Source: a virus
Lineage: Duplodnaviria > Heunggongvirae > Uroviricota > Caudoviricetes
Virus record (IMG/VR): IMGVR_UViG_3300038412_000041
Length of the DNA: 64,000 bases
Reading direction: 5' to 3' (one strand)
A program made the translations under genes and the position numbers. Numbering within the stretch: position 1 is the first letter of the stretch; the number at the start of each line of letters is the position of its first letter. Shown piece after piece: positions 18,840-28,169 of the stretch. The notes below the pieces were generated by a model, which saw nothing but the letters and a program-made list of their open reading frames with translations, did no database searches and had not been told where the DNA came from.

Positions 18840-19305
18840 ACCTGGATTAGAGGAACAGATTGAGAGACTACGCGTAAAGTGGAAAGCTGCTCACTTCGAG
18901 CAACCAAAGTCAGGTTATTACGGAGACTTTCATTTAATCGTTATTCCTGGTTTTCATTTACCGAAAGGTTGGAACAAGACGATATGCACCGTTTTGTTTT
19001 TGGCAAGAGTTAACGATGACAAGTTATCAACACCATTGGATGGTTTCTATGTTGATCTTCCTGATCTAAGACTTAATAACGGAAGACAACCAAAGTATGC
19101 AAGACCATTTGCAATGAATGATTATTATGAGTATTGGCATGAACCTACAAAAAGATTCTGGAGTACCAAAGAGGAAATCCCAGGTTTTCCTCAATGGCGG
19201 GAGTTAACCAGATTTTGGTGGCATCAACAATCTTTCAATCCTAATAGTGAAACCCTGTTTACTTCAGCAATGGTCATTAAAAGAAGGTTAGATTATGTCC
19301 AATAA
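18811..19305 (+). CDS. hypothetical protein
   Basis: 164 aa ORF. Confidence 0.4.
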   Translation: MRLKMKYLVKPGLEEQIERLRVKWKAAHFEQPKSGYYGDFHLIVIPGFHLPKGWNKTICTVLFLARVNDDKLSTPLDGFYVDLPDLRLNNGRQPKYARPFAMNDYYEYWHEPTKRFWSTKEEIPGFPQWRELTRFWWHQQSFNPNSETLFTSAMVIKRRLDYVQ

Positions 19306-20125
19306 TAGTTACCATGATATTTACGTGTCGTATGTAGATAGAGAAGGTCACCATCTAAAGTTTCGTCTGTTTGATGCACCATGTAATTACAGGATTACTT
19401 GTACAAGAGCAGGTGGATGGGAACTTTGGCACCACACTCTAGGAAAAGAACCAAAATTGTTAGCAGGAGAGTATAACGAAATACAACTAACAGTTAGTTT
19501 GACTGATGGAACATATCTGTGTAACCCTCCTCCAAACATAAAGGAAAATTCTAAAGAGGAGGAATCTACTATTAGAAATAGGCATTTATTATTTACTGAA
19601 GTTTTTGGTATGGTAAAGTCTGGCTTCTTAGAATATGTTGAAAAGCACAACACTATACTGAGTCATTTAGTAATAGGTACTCATATTATCGAAGATGTTT
19701 GCGCCAACATAGCATTAGCCCTTCTTACTAACAAGCTATATATAGATGAAAACAAACATGTAAATGTACCTGGGAGTCAAATGATGGGTGATGAACAACA
19801 CATAATCGGAGAGTTAGTCTATGACCACTACGGAATGCAAGGTCCACCTAAACTCGTAGTACGGTGGAATACTGCAATAAAAGCAGGTATGAAATTGTAT
19901 GGAGATAGTGCAGTTAAGCGTATCGCCGAACTTGAAGCCGAGAATATAGAGTTGAGGAAGGATGCGGAGCGGTATCGGTGGTTAATTAATGAGAGACTTG
20001 AGCATTCATCAGACGACACAATCTATCTATGCTGCCAAGGGGTATGTCTTCCCGCAGAAGATACAAAAGGGTGCATTGACGCCACAATTGACGCCACCAT
20101 GAATGAGAGAGCTATAAACTATTAA
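19295..20125 (+). CDS. hypothetical protein
   Basis: 276 aa ORF. Confidence 0.4.
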   Translation: MSNNSYHDIYVSYVDREGHHLKFRLFDAPCNYRITCTRAGGWELWHHTLGKEPKLLAGEYNEIQLTVSLTDGTYLCNPPPNIKENSKEEESTIRNRHLLFTEVFGMVKSGFLEYVEKHNTILSHLVIGTHIIEDVCANIALALLTNKLYIDENKHVNVPGSQMMGDEQHIIGELVYDHYGMQGPPKLVVRWNTAIKAGMKLYGDSAVKRIAELEAENIELRKDAERYRWLINERLEHSSDDTIYLCCQGVCLPAEDTKGCIDATIDATMNERAINY

Positions 20126-20130
20126 ACTGT

Positions 20131-20535
20131 ATGGTTAACAGGTTTCTTGGTTGGAAATTGCCACAAAACTTTAATCCTGATGGTGGCATTAGTTTCAAAC
20201 GCGAGTACAATGAAGACACACCTTGGCCAGGAAAGTATGAGCCGTATGGAACGAACCTATTTGACGCGACTCAGGCCAGAGCAATGTTCGAGTATTGCTT
20301 AGACTTTAGCGTTAATGAAAAGATGCTTGGTTTAGGTCATGACCTGTACGTAGATAGACGTGACGATAATAGTTGGATTGTTTGTGTTGGCAAAACTTAC
20401 AAAGACTTGGAAGAAGCTCAACGTGCCTGTTCTTTGCTTAAAGAAGCAACGACCACTTTTCTTCAGGAACTTACAGACGCAGAAATTCAGGAAGCAATTT
20501 TGGATAGCAATGAAGCGTATTTGAATTTAGTTTAG
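20131..20535 (+). CDS. hypothetical protein
   Basis: 134 aa ORF. Confidence 0.4.
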   Translation: MVNRFLGWKLPQNFNPDGGISFKREYNEDTPWPGKYEPYGTNLFDATQARAMFEYCLDFSVNEKMLGLGHDLYVDRRDDNSWIVCVGKTYKDLEEAQRACSLLKEATTTFLQELTDAEIQEAILDSNEAYLNLV

Positions 20536-20616
20536 TGGTCAACAATAGAAATTGTGTGACAGAGGATTGGAAACGTCTGTTTGCAAAATCGCTGTTTAAA
20601 ATAATCAGAGGAAGAC

Positions 20617-21093
20617 ATGAGCGAAAAATGGGATAAACACTTTTTAGGTCTGGCTAGTTACCATAGTAAGATATCGAAAGACCCAAGCACAAGAGTTGGA
20701 GCAGTCATTGTTAAGGACAAAGAAGTTTTGAGTTTGGGATTCAATGGTTTTCCTACTGGCATTGCTGACACCAATGAAAGATTGAATGATCGAGAGCTAA
20801 AATATTCCTTAGTTGTCCACGGAGAAATGAATGCCATTCTACTAGCTGCTAGACACGGAGTACGCTTGGAAGGAACAACACTTTACGTTGTTGCTACAGA
20901 CGTGGTTACTGGTAGTATGTGGGGTGGACCACCATGCAGTAGATGTACGGTGGAAGTAATTCAAGCAGGTATCAAAAAGATTGTTAGCCTTAGAATTGAT
21001 ATGGCAAATGAAAGATGGGGTAAGTCTATGGAAAAGTCACTGGCTCTCTTGAAAGAGGCCGGTATCGAATATGTAGAATATGAGGGTCTTTAA
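20617..21093 (+). CDS. dCMP deaminase (zinc-dependent cytidine/deoxycytidylate deaminase family)
   Basis: VHGEMNAILLAARHG (H-x-E zinc motif) and PCSRCTVEVIQAGI (PCxxC). 158 aa, the typical size. Confidence 0.8.
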   Translation: MSEKWDKHFLGLASYHSKISKDPSTRVGAVIVKDKEVLSLGFNGFPTGIADTNERLNDRELKYSLVVHGEMNAILLAARHGVRLEGTTLYVVATDVVTGSMWGGPPCSRCTVEVIQAGIKKIVSLRIDMANERWGKSMEKSLALLKEAGIEYVEYEGL

Positions 21094-21127
21094 AATGTTT
21101 CTATGCTTTCTTCTGCCTGTATTCTGT

Positions 21128-21157
21128 TTGATAATTATTATCTTGTTTATCTATAAT
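21128..21157 (+). promoter_or_regulatory. sigma-70-like promoter candidate (TTGATA-18-TATAAT)
   Basis: Lies in the 137-bp AT-rich gap upstream of 21231. Confidence 0.3.
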
Positions 21158-21230
21158 ATTTGGATCAATAGACCTGTATATGGCAAGTCTGGAAAGAGAC
21201 TTTACGGTGCAGCAAGAAAAGCATATTTGA

Positions 21231-21623
21231 ATGGTAAAGGTAAAAATGTTCACTAGCCTACAAGAACAAGCGTTTCATTCTCTGTCCACAGATAAGTGGA
21301 TTTCCTTAACAGAGTTGGGGTATAACAGCAGAACAATGTTTAGCCTTGTTGAGAATGGATTAGCTATTTCCTACAAAGAAGGTAAGACTACGTTCTATAA
21401 AGCGTTACCAAATGTGCGGTGTCCTTCATCCAAAAGAAAATTGTCTGATCTTGAGCTAAAGGTTTTGACAATGCTTAGTAGTGAATGGAAGATTATCAGC
21501 TACTCATCCAATATAAGGATACATCAAGCACTCCAATCTCTACTGCGTTTGAAAGAGGTTGAAAAGAAAATGGTAAAGATTGACGGTAGAACTGTTCCTC
21601 ATTACAGGTTGACTAACAAATGA
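21231..21623 (+). CDS. hypothetical protein (possible winged-helix)
   Basis: 130 aa ORF. Confidence 0.4.
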   Translation: MVKVKMFTSLQEQAFHSLSTDKWISLTELGYNSRTMFSLVENGLAISYKEGKTTFYKALPNVRCPSSKRKLSDLELKVLTMLSSEWKIISYSSNIRIHQALQSLLRLKEVEKKMVKIDGRTVPHYRLTNK

Positions 21624-22033
21624 CAGATAAGCACTACGCACACTATTTAACGGTTCAACAGTATTACACGTTGGACATTCTATGTCTTCAGGTGAACGAT
21701 GCATTTAGAAGTCTATCTACTGATGATGAACGTGATTGGTCTGTAGGTCATACCTATCTGGTTGGCTCTTGTTTGACCAAACCAGACTTTCGTGATGTTG
21801 ACGTAAGGTTCATCATGAGTGATTCGTATTTCAACCGATTGTATCCGTTTGCTGACGATTCTGGATTTAGTCCGTATCTGAAACTTATTAATGTAGGAAT
21901 AAGCCAGTGGCTTTCAATCGCTACTGGTTTACATGTTGACTTTCAGATTCAAAAACAATCAATAGCTAATGCCAAGCATAAAGGTCTTAGAAACGCTATA
22001 GGTATCCGAATCTCAGATAAGGATCATACATAA
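21620..22033 (+). CDS. minimal nucleotidyltransferase-fold (Pol-beta-like) protein candidate
   Basis: LVGSCLTKPDFRDVDVRFI matches the hG[GS]x9-13DxD nucleotidyltransferase signature. Confidence 0.35.
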   Translation: MTDKHYAHYLTVQQYYTLDILCLQVNDAFRSLSTDDERDWSVGHTYLVGSCLTKPDFRDVDVRFIMSDSYFNRLYPFADDSGFSPYLKLINVGISQWLSIATGLHVDFQIQKQSIANAKHKGLRNAIGIRISDKDHT

Positions 22034-22533
22034 TGCTAAAGCCAGCTATTCTATATAAAGAGCAATTAACCGAGTTGTTTAGTTCAATGGCACTTGATTC
22101 AAGGTACAAGTACCTATATCAAACAGCGTATATGGATTTCTCGCCAACCTTGGAGAATGACACTTGGAAATCAATTCAGTTAGCTATTTGTGATTCTTCC
22201 AAGGTCATAGGTTATGTATCTGCCTCTCTTGATAGAGTATCCAATGTAGTAACCTCAATCATGTTTATAAACTTTTCTAGCAATTCGGTAGTATTTGTTA
22301 AAGATTGCTGGTTCTTTTTTGATTATCTGTTGACCACTATGAATTTTGACAAGATTAAATGGTCTGTCATTGTGGGCAACCCAGCAGAAGAACTATATGA
22401 TAGACTGTGCGAAAGATTTAAAGGCCGAATAGTCGGTACTTTTGAAAAAGATTGTAGGTTATCTGATAATAAAATATACGATGTAAAGCATTATGAAATA
22501 CTCCGAAGTGTGTACCTTGATCTTAAAGCTTAG
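22033..22533 (+). CDS. hypothetical protein (GNAT-like?)
   Basis: 166 aa. Weak resemblance to an acyl-CoA N-acyltransferase core (VIVGNPAEELYDRL..GRIVGTF). Confidence 0.3.
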   Translation: MLKPAILYKEQLTELFSSMALDSRYKYLYQTAYMDFSPTLENDTWKSIQLAICDSSKVIGYVSASLDRVSNVVTSIMFINFSSNSVVFVKDCWFFFDYLLTTMNFDKIKWSVIVGNPAEELYDRLCERFKGRIVGTFEKDCRLSDNKIYDVKHYEILRSVYLDLKA

Positions 22534-22542
22534 AGGATAACA

Positions 22543-23643
22543 ATGATAAAATTAGGCTCACCAATGATTGATGGTTGCAAGTCTGGTATAAAGATTAACA
22601 GTGATAAGGAATTTCGACGGATCAAAGATCGTTTGATAGATCGTGGTGGACTTCCTTTGAAAGAAGAGAGTGGTTCAATATTGGTATTGGATCATTTAGG
22701 AAAAAGCAAAGCCACGGTAAAGTGTCAGGAGTATGGTGGAGGATTCTTTCTGAATCTAGATGGCAATCCTATATCTTATTTGACTGGACAAAATGTTTTG
22801 GGGGAGGTGAGTGCGGAATTAATACTTCTGTTCTGGACAGAGATTCTATCAGAGTTGAGTCTTCTCGACTTGAAATCTTTCAAAGACGCTATAGGATCAG
22901 CAAATATCTTTCTACATTTTCTGGCGATAGCTGGTTACTCAAGAAAACTAGGTCCAAACAAAGTTATAAGACAGACGTTGAACGTTACTGATTTTGTTTA
23001 CTCTGCTGTAGGAGAAGATGGAGAGACTGTTAAAGATTGGGTCGGAGTAGCCGTCCACAGAGAAGGTAAGTACAGCATTAGATTTGATCGCAAGAAAGGG
23101 AAGAACCGTTATTGGAGTTTAGGTCTGTACGACAAGATTATAGAGTTGGATGAGACAGGTAAAGAAAGCCTTATAGTATCTAGCATTGCACAGCGTTTGC
23201 GTTTTGACCTTAGTCTATATAGTTCATGGTTACACGCTAACAAGTTGAAAACACTAAAGGACCTTGATCTAAGAATACGGTCCAGTGATTCGTGGGCTGC
23301 TGACTTGTTTGACGCAATGTTGAACCGACTTTACTTGAGAGACCTTTTAAAGTTTGATCTTTCCGATCTTGTACTTGGAGACTATGAGGAAGATTTTAAT
23401 GACTATCTCGGTGGTGGTAAACCTTCAGCAGACGCCATAGACTGGTTTCTCCGACAAAATGTAAATATCAAGATACCGTTCAAGATTTTATCGTTGGCTA
23501 GTATGGCTAGGTTTGTGTCAAACACAAGTACCGAGCAACGCAGGAATTATGTGGTAGATAACTATGAACTACCTAATCTTTTGAAGGTTAAATTGCCAAC
23601 TAGCAAACAAATAAGATTGGACTCTACATTTTCAGGGAGATAG
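22543..23643 (+). CDS. hypothetical protein upstream of the primase (replication-associated?)
   Basis: 366 aa ORF. Confidence 0.4.
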   Translation: MIKLGSPMIDGCKSGIKINSDKEFRRIKDRLIDRGGLPLKEESGSILVLDHLGKSKATVKCQEYGGGFFLNLDGNPISYLTGQNVLGEVSAELILLFWTEILSELSLLDLKSFKDAIGSANIFLHFLAIAGYSRKLGPNKVIRQTLNVTDFVYSAVGEDGETVKDWVGVAVHREGKYSIRFDRKKGKNRYWSLGLYDKIIELDETGKESLIVSSIAQRLRFDLSLYSSWLHANKLKTLKDLDLRIRSSDSWAADLFDAMLNRLYLRDLLKFDLSDLVLGDYEEDFNDYLGGGKPSADAIDWFLRQNVNIKIPFKILSLASMARFVSNTSTEQRRNYVVDNYELPNLLKVKLPTSKQIRLDSTFSGR

Positions 23644-23648
23644 TTTAA

Positions 23649-24539
23649 ATGGATGCGTCAGTTATTGTTTCTGAGTTATCCAGATACACAGGACGCAACT
23701 TGTCAGGCAAAAGAAGAGTTTTGATTAGATGCCCATTTCATAGAGACGATACACCCAGTATGGTTGTCAATTTGGTTGGAAAGAGTGCTGGTTTCTATTA
23801 CTGTTTTGGATGTTCAGCCCAAAGTAAAGACAATGGTTTTTGGAATGGGTTAGCCGCAAAGCTTGGTTTGCAGCAGGATGATGGTACAGGTCTATATCAA
23901 AGCGAACACACTGGATTATACAAGGGAAAAGAAGTCAAGATCAATACTTTGGATTCTCTGTTTGATGAGTGGGGTTGCATAGAACCAAAACCAGTAACAG
24001 AAAAGACGGAGTGGCGTGGTATCCAAGGCAAGACGTTAAAGATGGTCGGTGCATATCAAGGACTTGATGCATGGGGAGCCAACGCCATTTATTTACCGCT
24101 TTATGTAGGTGACGAAGTACACGGAATAAAAGCTTTGTATAAGCCTACAAGTGATGGTCGCAAGTATTTCAATAGTAGTGGTGATTGGAGTAAGACAGTA
24201 GGTCTGTATCCAATGCACTTGAAGAAAACGTGGAAGAGAGTTGTATTAGTTGAAGGTCCAAGAGACGCATTATCTGTAATACAAGCAGGCTTGCCTGCTT
24301 TAGCTATTCTTGGAAGCAAAACATGGTCATTGAAAAAACGTGACCTATTATTGAGTTTAGGTGTCGAGCAAGTGTTGGAAGCTCTTGATCCAGATGAGTC
24401 TGGGAGAGAAGGTGCAGAAATAATCAAGCGTGATTTGAAACCACATGTAAATTGGAAAAGACGAGTAATCAAAGAAGGTAAAGACCCAGCATCTATTGGC
24501 AGAGACTTTTGGTTAAAAACTAAGGAGATATGGAAATGA
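23649..24539 (+). CDS. DNA primase (CHC2 zinc finger plus TOPRIM)
   Basis: CPFHRDDTPSM...YYCFGC zinc finger. TOPRIM motifs VVLVEGPRDALS and ALDPDESGREGA. Confidence 0.75.
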   Translation: MDASVIVSELSRYTGRNLSGKRRVLIRCPFHRDDTPSMVVNLVGKSAGFYYCFGCSAQSKDNGFWNGLAAKLGLQQDDGTGLYQSEHTGLYKGKEVKINTLDSLFDEWGCIEPKPVTEKTEWRGIQGKTLKMVGAYQGLDAWGANAIYLPLYVGDEVHGIKALYKPTSDGRKYFNSSGDWSKTVGLYPMHLKKTWKRVVLVEGPRDALSVIQAGLPALAILGSKTWSLKKRDLLLSLGVEQVLEALDPDESGREGAEIIKRDLKPHVNWKRRVIKEGKDPASIGRDFWLKTKEIWK

Positions 24540-24970
24540 AATTGAAAGAACTAGCAAGAATGTTGCAACAGCCTATTAGCTGGACGTTACATCCAAACAA
24601 CCGCTGGGTTGCTTATCTGCCCCATATCTTTATCAACGAAAGTCCAGCAGTCGCTGAAGGTGTAACACAGCACGATGCTACTATGAACCTTGCAAAACTC
24701 TTGTCAAAGAAGACTTTAGAAACAGCGACAGGTACAGCACACTTTAAGACAGAAAAGATTGAACATGAGCGTGACGTTCCTGTATACGTTCTAAGTTTTG
24801 AAGGTGCTCCAACCACTATTCACTCCACTGTTGGAGAGGCTAAAGTAAAAGCTAACAGTCTAGACAGTTCAATACTTGAAACTTCCTGGATTAATATACG
24901 TAATAAGGAAACAGAAAAGATAGTAGCCCTAGTCGCTAAACAGTTTACAATTCAAAGAGTACTGGCATGA
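24530..24970 (+). CDS. hypothetical protein
   Basis: 146 aa ORF. Confidence 0.4.
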   Translation: MEMKLKELARMLQQPISWTLHPNNRWVAYLPHIFINESPAVAEGVTQHDATMNLAKLLSKKTLETATGTAHFKTEKIEHERDVPVYVLSFEGAPTTIHSTVGEAKVKANSLDSSILETSWINIRNKETEKIVALVAKQFTIQRVLA

Positions 24971-26031
24971 AGGCAAAGCTTATAACGCAAGTAGCAGATA
25001 CAGGTGGTTGCGGTTTTTACAGAATGGTTTTGCCTGGTAAGATGTTGGCTGCTTTGAATCTTACTGAGTGGGTTGTCGAATCAAATTCTTGGTTTACCGT
25101 AGAGCAACTAGCTAGACTGAACCCTTCACATGTAATCGTTCAAAGACAAACTGAGCCTTCACAGTATGAAGCTGCAAAAATCTACCATGCCTTTGGAAAA
25201 GCACAATTGATATACGAGTTGGACGATCTATTGTGGGAAGTACCTACATACAACACTTATCGCAAGTATTTTAAGGGTGCTAACAAGAAAGTGATGCGTG
25301 GTTTTCTGAGTGAGGTTGATAGAGTTGTAGTATCAACGAAACCATTGGCAGATCAGGTAGAGTCTTTGTCCAAAGCTAAGCCTGTAATCATGCCAAACAT
25401 GATAGCACCTCAATATTACAAGTTGCCAAGAAACAGAAGTGAGAAGCTTAAAGTGGGTTGGGCTGGATCATCAACACACAAAGAAGACCTTCGCGTGTTA
25501 GAACACGTAGTAAGAGATACTTGGGAAAAGTGGGAGTGGCATTTTCTTGGTTACGTTCCACCATTCTTGAAAGGCAAAGTTGTTGAGCATAAACACGTTC
25601 ACGTATTCGATTACATGAATGCCTTAGATAGTCTTCAACTAGATGTTGCTTTGGCACCTCTTAAGGTAAATTTGTTCAATGAGTGCAAGAGTAATTTAAA
25701 GTTGATAGAATTTGGTGCTATAGGTGTTCCAGTAATTACTACCAATGTTTACCCGTATAAGGATAATCCATGCATCAAGATAAGAGATACACCTGATGCA
25801 TTCAAAGCGTGGCGTGCTGCTATTGAATCATACGATAAAGATGAGACTCTAAGAAAGCATCATGCCATGTTAGCATATGCCTATGCTTCAAATTTTCGAG
25901 TAGATACTCCTAGCAACGTAGACCTTATCAAAAAGAGTTGGCTGATTGACGAACCTAAAGCGTCGCATTCTTTCTTGCAAGGATATGATCTAAGTGTTCT
26001 CCAACAAAAACCAGACATGCGGCTAATATGA
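24967..26031 (+). CDS. glycosyltransferase, GT-B fold (GT1/GT4-like)
   Basis: C-terminal KLIEFGAIGVPVITTNVYPY resembles the GT4 EX7E/nucleotide-sugar binding segment. 354 aa. Confidence 0.5.
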   Translation: MKAKLITQVADTGGCGFYRMVLPGKMLAALNLTEWVVESNSWFTVEQLARLNPSHVIVQRQTEPSQYEAAKIYHAFGKAQLIYELDDLLWEVPTYNTYRKYFKGANKKVMRGFLSEVDRVVVSTKPLADQVESLSKAKPVIMPNMIAPQYYKLPRNRSEKLKVGWAGSSTHKEDLRVLEHVVRDTWEKWEWHFLGYVPPFLKGKVVEHKHVHVFDYMNALDSLQLDVALAPLKVNLFNECKSNLKLIEFGAIGVPVITTNVYPYKDNPCIKIRDTPDAFKAWRAAIESYDKDETLRKHHAMLAYAYASNFRVDTPSNVDLIKKSWLIDEPKASHSFLQGYDLSVLQQKPDMRLI

Positions 26032-26786
26032 GACCTTTGCAAAATGCTGTATCTGTAAGAGTAACGGCTCCTTTACTTGGAGACACGCTCTGTTCTTTCC
26101 CTGCTTTGGAAGAGTACTCAAAGACAGTTAAGGTCTCAGTTGATTTTGTAAATCCTGCTGTCATAGAATTACTACCTAAAGACTCCAAACTGTGGTTAAC
26201 AAATAAGAATCAAATTGACATTGAGTTGGATATCAATAGTATTTTTGCAAGGTCTGTTAGCCATGAACATATGATTCAAGGATACTTTAGAGCGTTGTCT
26301 TTAGAAGTACCCTCTTTTGTACCTACGATAAACATTGACGCTTCGGAAATAGTAAAGGAGCAATACGACTTTTTGATATCTCCTTACTCTCATAGTGATA
26401 TCTCTGGTAACAAGTTGTGGCCTCTTGATAGGTGGCAGCACATAGTAAACCATTTATCTGGTATTGGCTCGGTCGGTGTGTTCGGATCAAAGAAAGGTTC
26501 GTACACAATACCTTGCGAATTTGATAATGCTACCATGATTATTGATCGTTCTCTGTCAGAAGTAGCAGCATTAATTAAGAAGGCTCGCCTCATTCTCACT
26601 ATAGACAACGGAATTTCACATCTTACTGGTGCTGTAGGTACAGAGCATTTGCTTTTGTATCCAGCTTGTTTGCCACTAACCTGGGTAAGAAATCCTAGAG
26701 ATAACTGCCACGTTATTCAAGACACTCCTAACTTAATAAATGCCAACCGTGTATTAAAAACCATAGATTCGATAGTTGGCAATTGA
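26028..26786 (+). CDS. glycosyltransferase family 9 (heptosyltransferase-like)
   Basis: N-terminal VRVTAPLLGDTLCSFPAL and C-terminal LSEVAALIKKARLILTIDNGISHLTGAVGTEHLLLYPACLP match the GT9 signatures (..GD..P.. and ..DSG.HLA.A.G.P.V.L.G...P). Confidence 0.55.
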   Translation: MRPLQNAVSVRVTAPLLGDTLCSFPALEEYSKTVKVSVDFVNPAVIELLPKDSKLWLTNKNQIDIELDINSIFARSVSHEHMIQGYFRALSLEVPSFVPTINIDASEIVKEQYDFLISPYSHSDISGNKLWPLDRWQHIVNHLSGIGSVGVFGSKKGSYTIPCEFDNATMIIDRSLSEVAALIKKARLILTIDNGISHLTGAVGTEHLLLYPACLPLTWVRNPRDNCHVIQDTPNLINANRVLKTIDSIVGN

Positions 26787-26811
26787 CAAATGGTTATTCC
26801 TAGTGTATAAT
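26783..26811 (+). promoter_or_regulatory. perfect sigma-70 consensus promoter TTGACA-17-TATAAT
   Basis: ttgaca (26783-88), 17-nt spacer, tataat (26806-11). Overlaps the stop codon of the GT9 gene. Confidence 0.55.
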
Positions 26812-26846
26812 AAAGTGTCGTTTCTTTTTGCAAAAAGTGTTATCAA

Positions 26847-26884
26847 GCGTGGCTCCTATTTCACAGATAGGGCCGCGCTTTTTT
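26847..26884 (+). terminator. rho-independent terminator
   Basis: GCGTGGCTCC / GGGCCGCGC stem (two G-U pairs), 13-nt loop, then TTTTTT. Confidence 0.6.
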
Positions 26885-26909
26885 GCTAAATCAACTAGAG
26901 GATAACTAG

Positions 26910-27221
26910 ATGAAAAACTTGAGTTTGGGTATAATTACAGAAGAACAAGCTAAAAATATACTTCGTTCTAGGGGTTTCTCTGAAAAACAAATTGAATCTT
27001 GGTTTAATGAAAACGTTTATAGAAAACATCCTTTGTATGACCAACTATTAGCTGTTCCTACTTGGTTGATTTATGCTAACCGTGTCTTTGGTGGTAAAAC
27101 CTCATTAGCTAAGTGGGCCATCTTTAGATCAAAGGATGCCGAAACAATTGATTACTTTATGTGGCTTTGTTTCATAACATGTGTTTTAAGTTTTTACGCA
27201 GTAATGCGATCCATGTTTTGA
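26910..27221 (+). CDS. hypothetical protein with C-terminal hydrophobic helix
   Basis: 103 aa. Ribosome-binding site AGAGGA. Confidence 0.35.
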   Translation: MKNLSLGIITEEQAKNILRSRGFSEKQIESWFNENVYRKHPLYDQLLAVPTWLIYANRVFGGKTSLAKWAIFRSKDAETIDYFMWLCFITCVLSFYAVMRSMF

Positions 27222-27284
27222 TTATTAGGTGTTTAATAAACTGTAAATATCTTTACCATTGACTAACAAGCATATAGGAAAACC

Positions 27285-27818
27285 ATGTATACAACATTCA
27301 TTCAAATTTACTCCGCTTCTGGTATTCTTCCAAAGTTCGCCAAAGAAGGCGATTCCGGTATGGATGTTCAATATTGGGAACCAAACCAAACTCTCCAAGG
27401 TCATGAGCATGACTGTACTGTTGATATCGAACCCTTCATTGTAATTCCTCCAAACGAACGACGTTTAATCCCAACAGGTCTTTTTGTAGCCATTCCAAAG
27501 GGTTACGAGATGCAAGTTCGCAGTCGCAGTGGCTTGGCTCTGAAACGCGGAGTCTTTGTTTTGAATAGTCCTGGAACTATTGATAGTGGTTATCGTGGTG
27601 AGATTAAAATCATTCTCCAAAATATGGGCAAAGACCCATTCGCTGTTAGAATTGGTGATAGAGTAGCACAACTAGTCGTGGCAAAGGTTGTTGGTGAAGG
27701 CTCACTTGGAGTTAAAGTTATGGTTGATGAATTAGATTTAGGTCAAACCTCACGTGATACAGGTGGATTTGGAAGCACTGGTGTTTCTTCAGATAGTGGT
27801 TCCGTAGTGGCGGAGTAA
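27285..27818 (+). CDS. dut: dUTP pyrophosphatase (trimeric dUTPase)
   Basis: Motifs DSGMDV, RSRSG, GTIDSGYRGE and RVAQLVV, equivalent to dUTPase motifs 1-4. Confidence 0.85.
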   Translation: MYTTFIQIYSASGILPKFAKEGDSGMDVQYWEPNQTLQGHEHDCTVDIEPFIVIPPNERRLIPTGLFVAIPKGYEMQVRSRSGLALKRGVFVLNSPGTIDSGYRGEIKIILQNMGKDPFAVRIGDRVAQLVVAKVVGEGSLGVKVMVDELDLGQTSRDTGGFGSTGVSSDSGSVVAE

Positions 27819-27852
27819 GAGGGTAGATATTAAGAATATTTGTTAAAGGTCT

Positions 27853-28131
27853 ATGCGTTGTACATTTTACAAACTATTGGAAAAGGAAAAAGAAATGAAA
27901 ACTTTAGTAGCCTATAATGATTTTGAGAACATGGCGAGATTTTTTGAACTGGAAGGTGACTACTCCAGACTTGATGATACTATCATTAATGATGTGCTTA
28001 GTCCTGAGAATCTCAAAGAAGAGTTATATTCTCTCATATATGACGACAATGGTAATGAAAAGAAGATTGAGTGGTTGAAACAGCCTACTAAAGACTGGGA
28101 TTTTTTCGTTAGTTGTGGTTTCTATTTTTGA
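27853..28131 (+). CDS. hypothetical acidic protein
   Basis: 92 aa ORF. Confidence 0.35.
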   Translation: MRCTFYKLLEKEKEMKTLVAYNDFENMARFFELEGDYSRLDDTIINDVLSPENLKEELYSLIYDDNGNEKKIEWLKQPTKDWDFFVSCGFYF

Positions 28132-28169
28132 TCTTGCAGCAACTCTTGCCGTATGCTAGGAGAATTTAA

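Noticed and set aside
24101-24472. 123 aa minus-strand ORF inside the primase gene (and similar antisense ORFs at 25448..25657, 26323..26608, 36438..36825, 50443..50883, 51676..52017)
   Set aside because: All are embedded antisense to genes with clear catalytic motifs (primase, glycosyltransferases, HD/DHH, ParB-like, methyltransferase), so they are treated as shadow ORFs.
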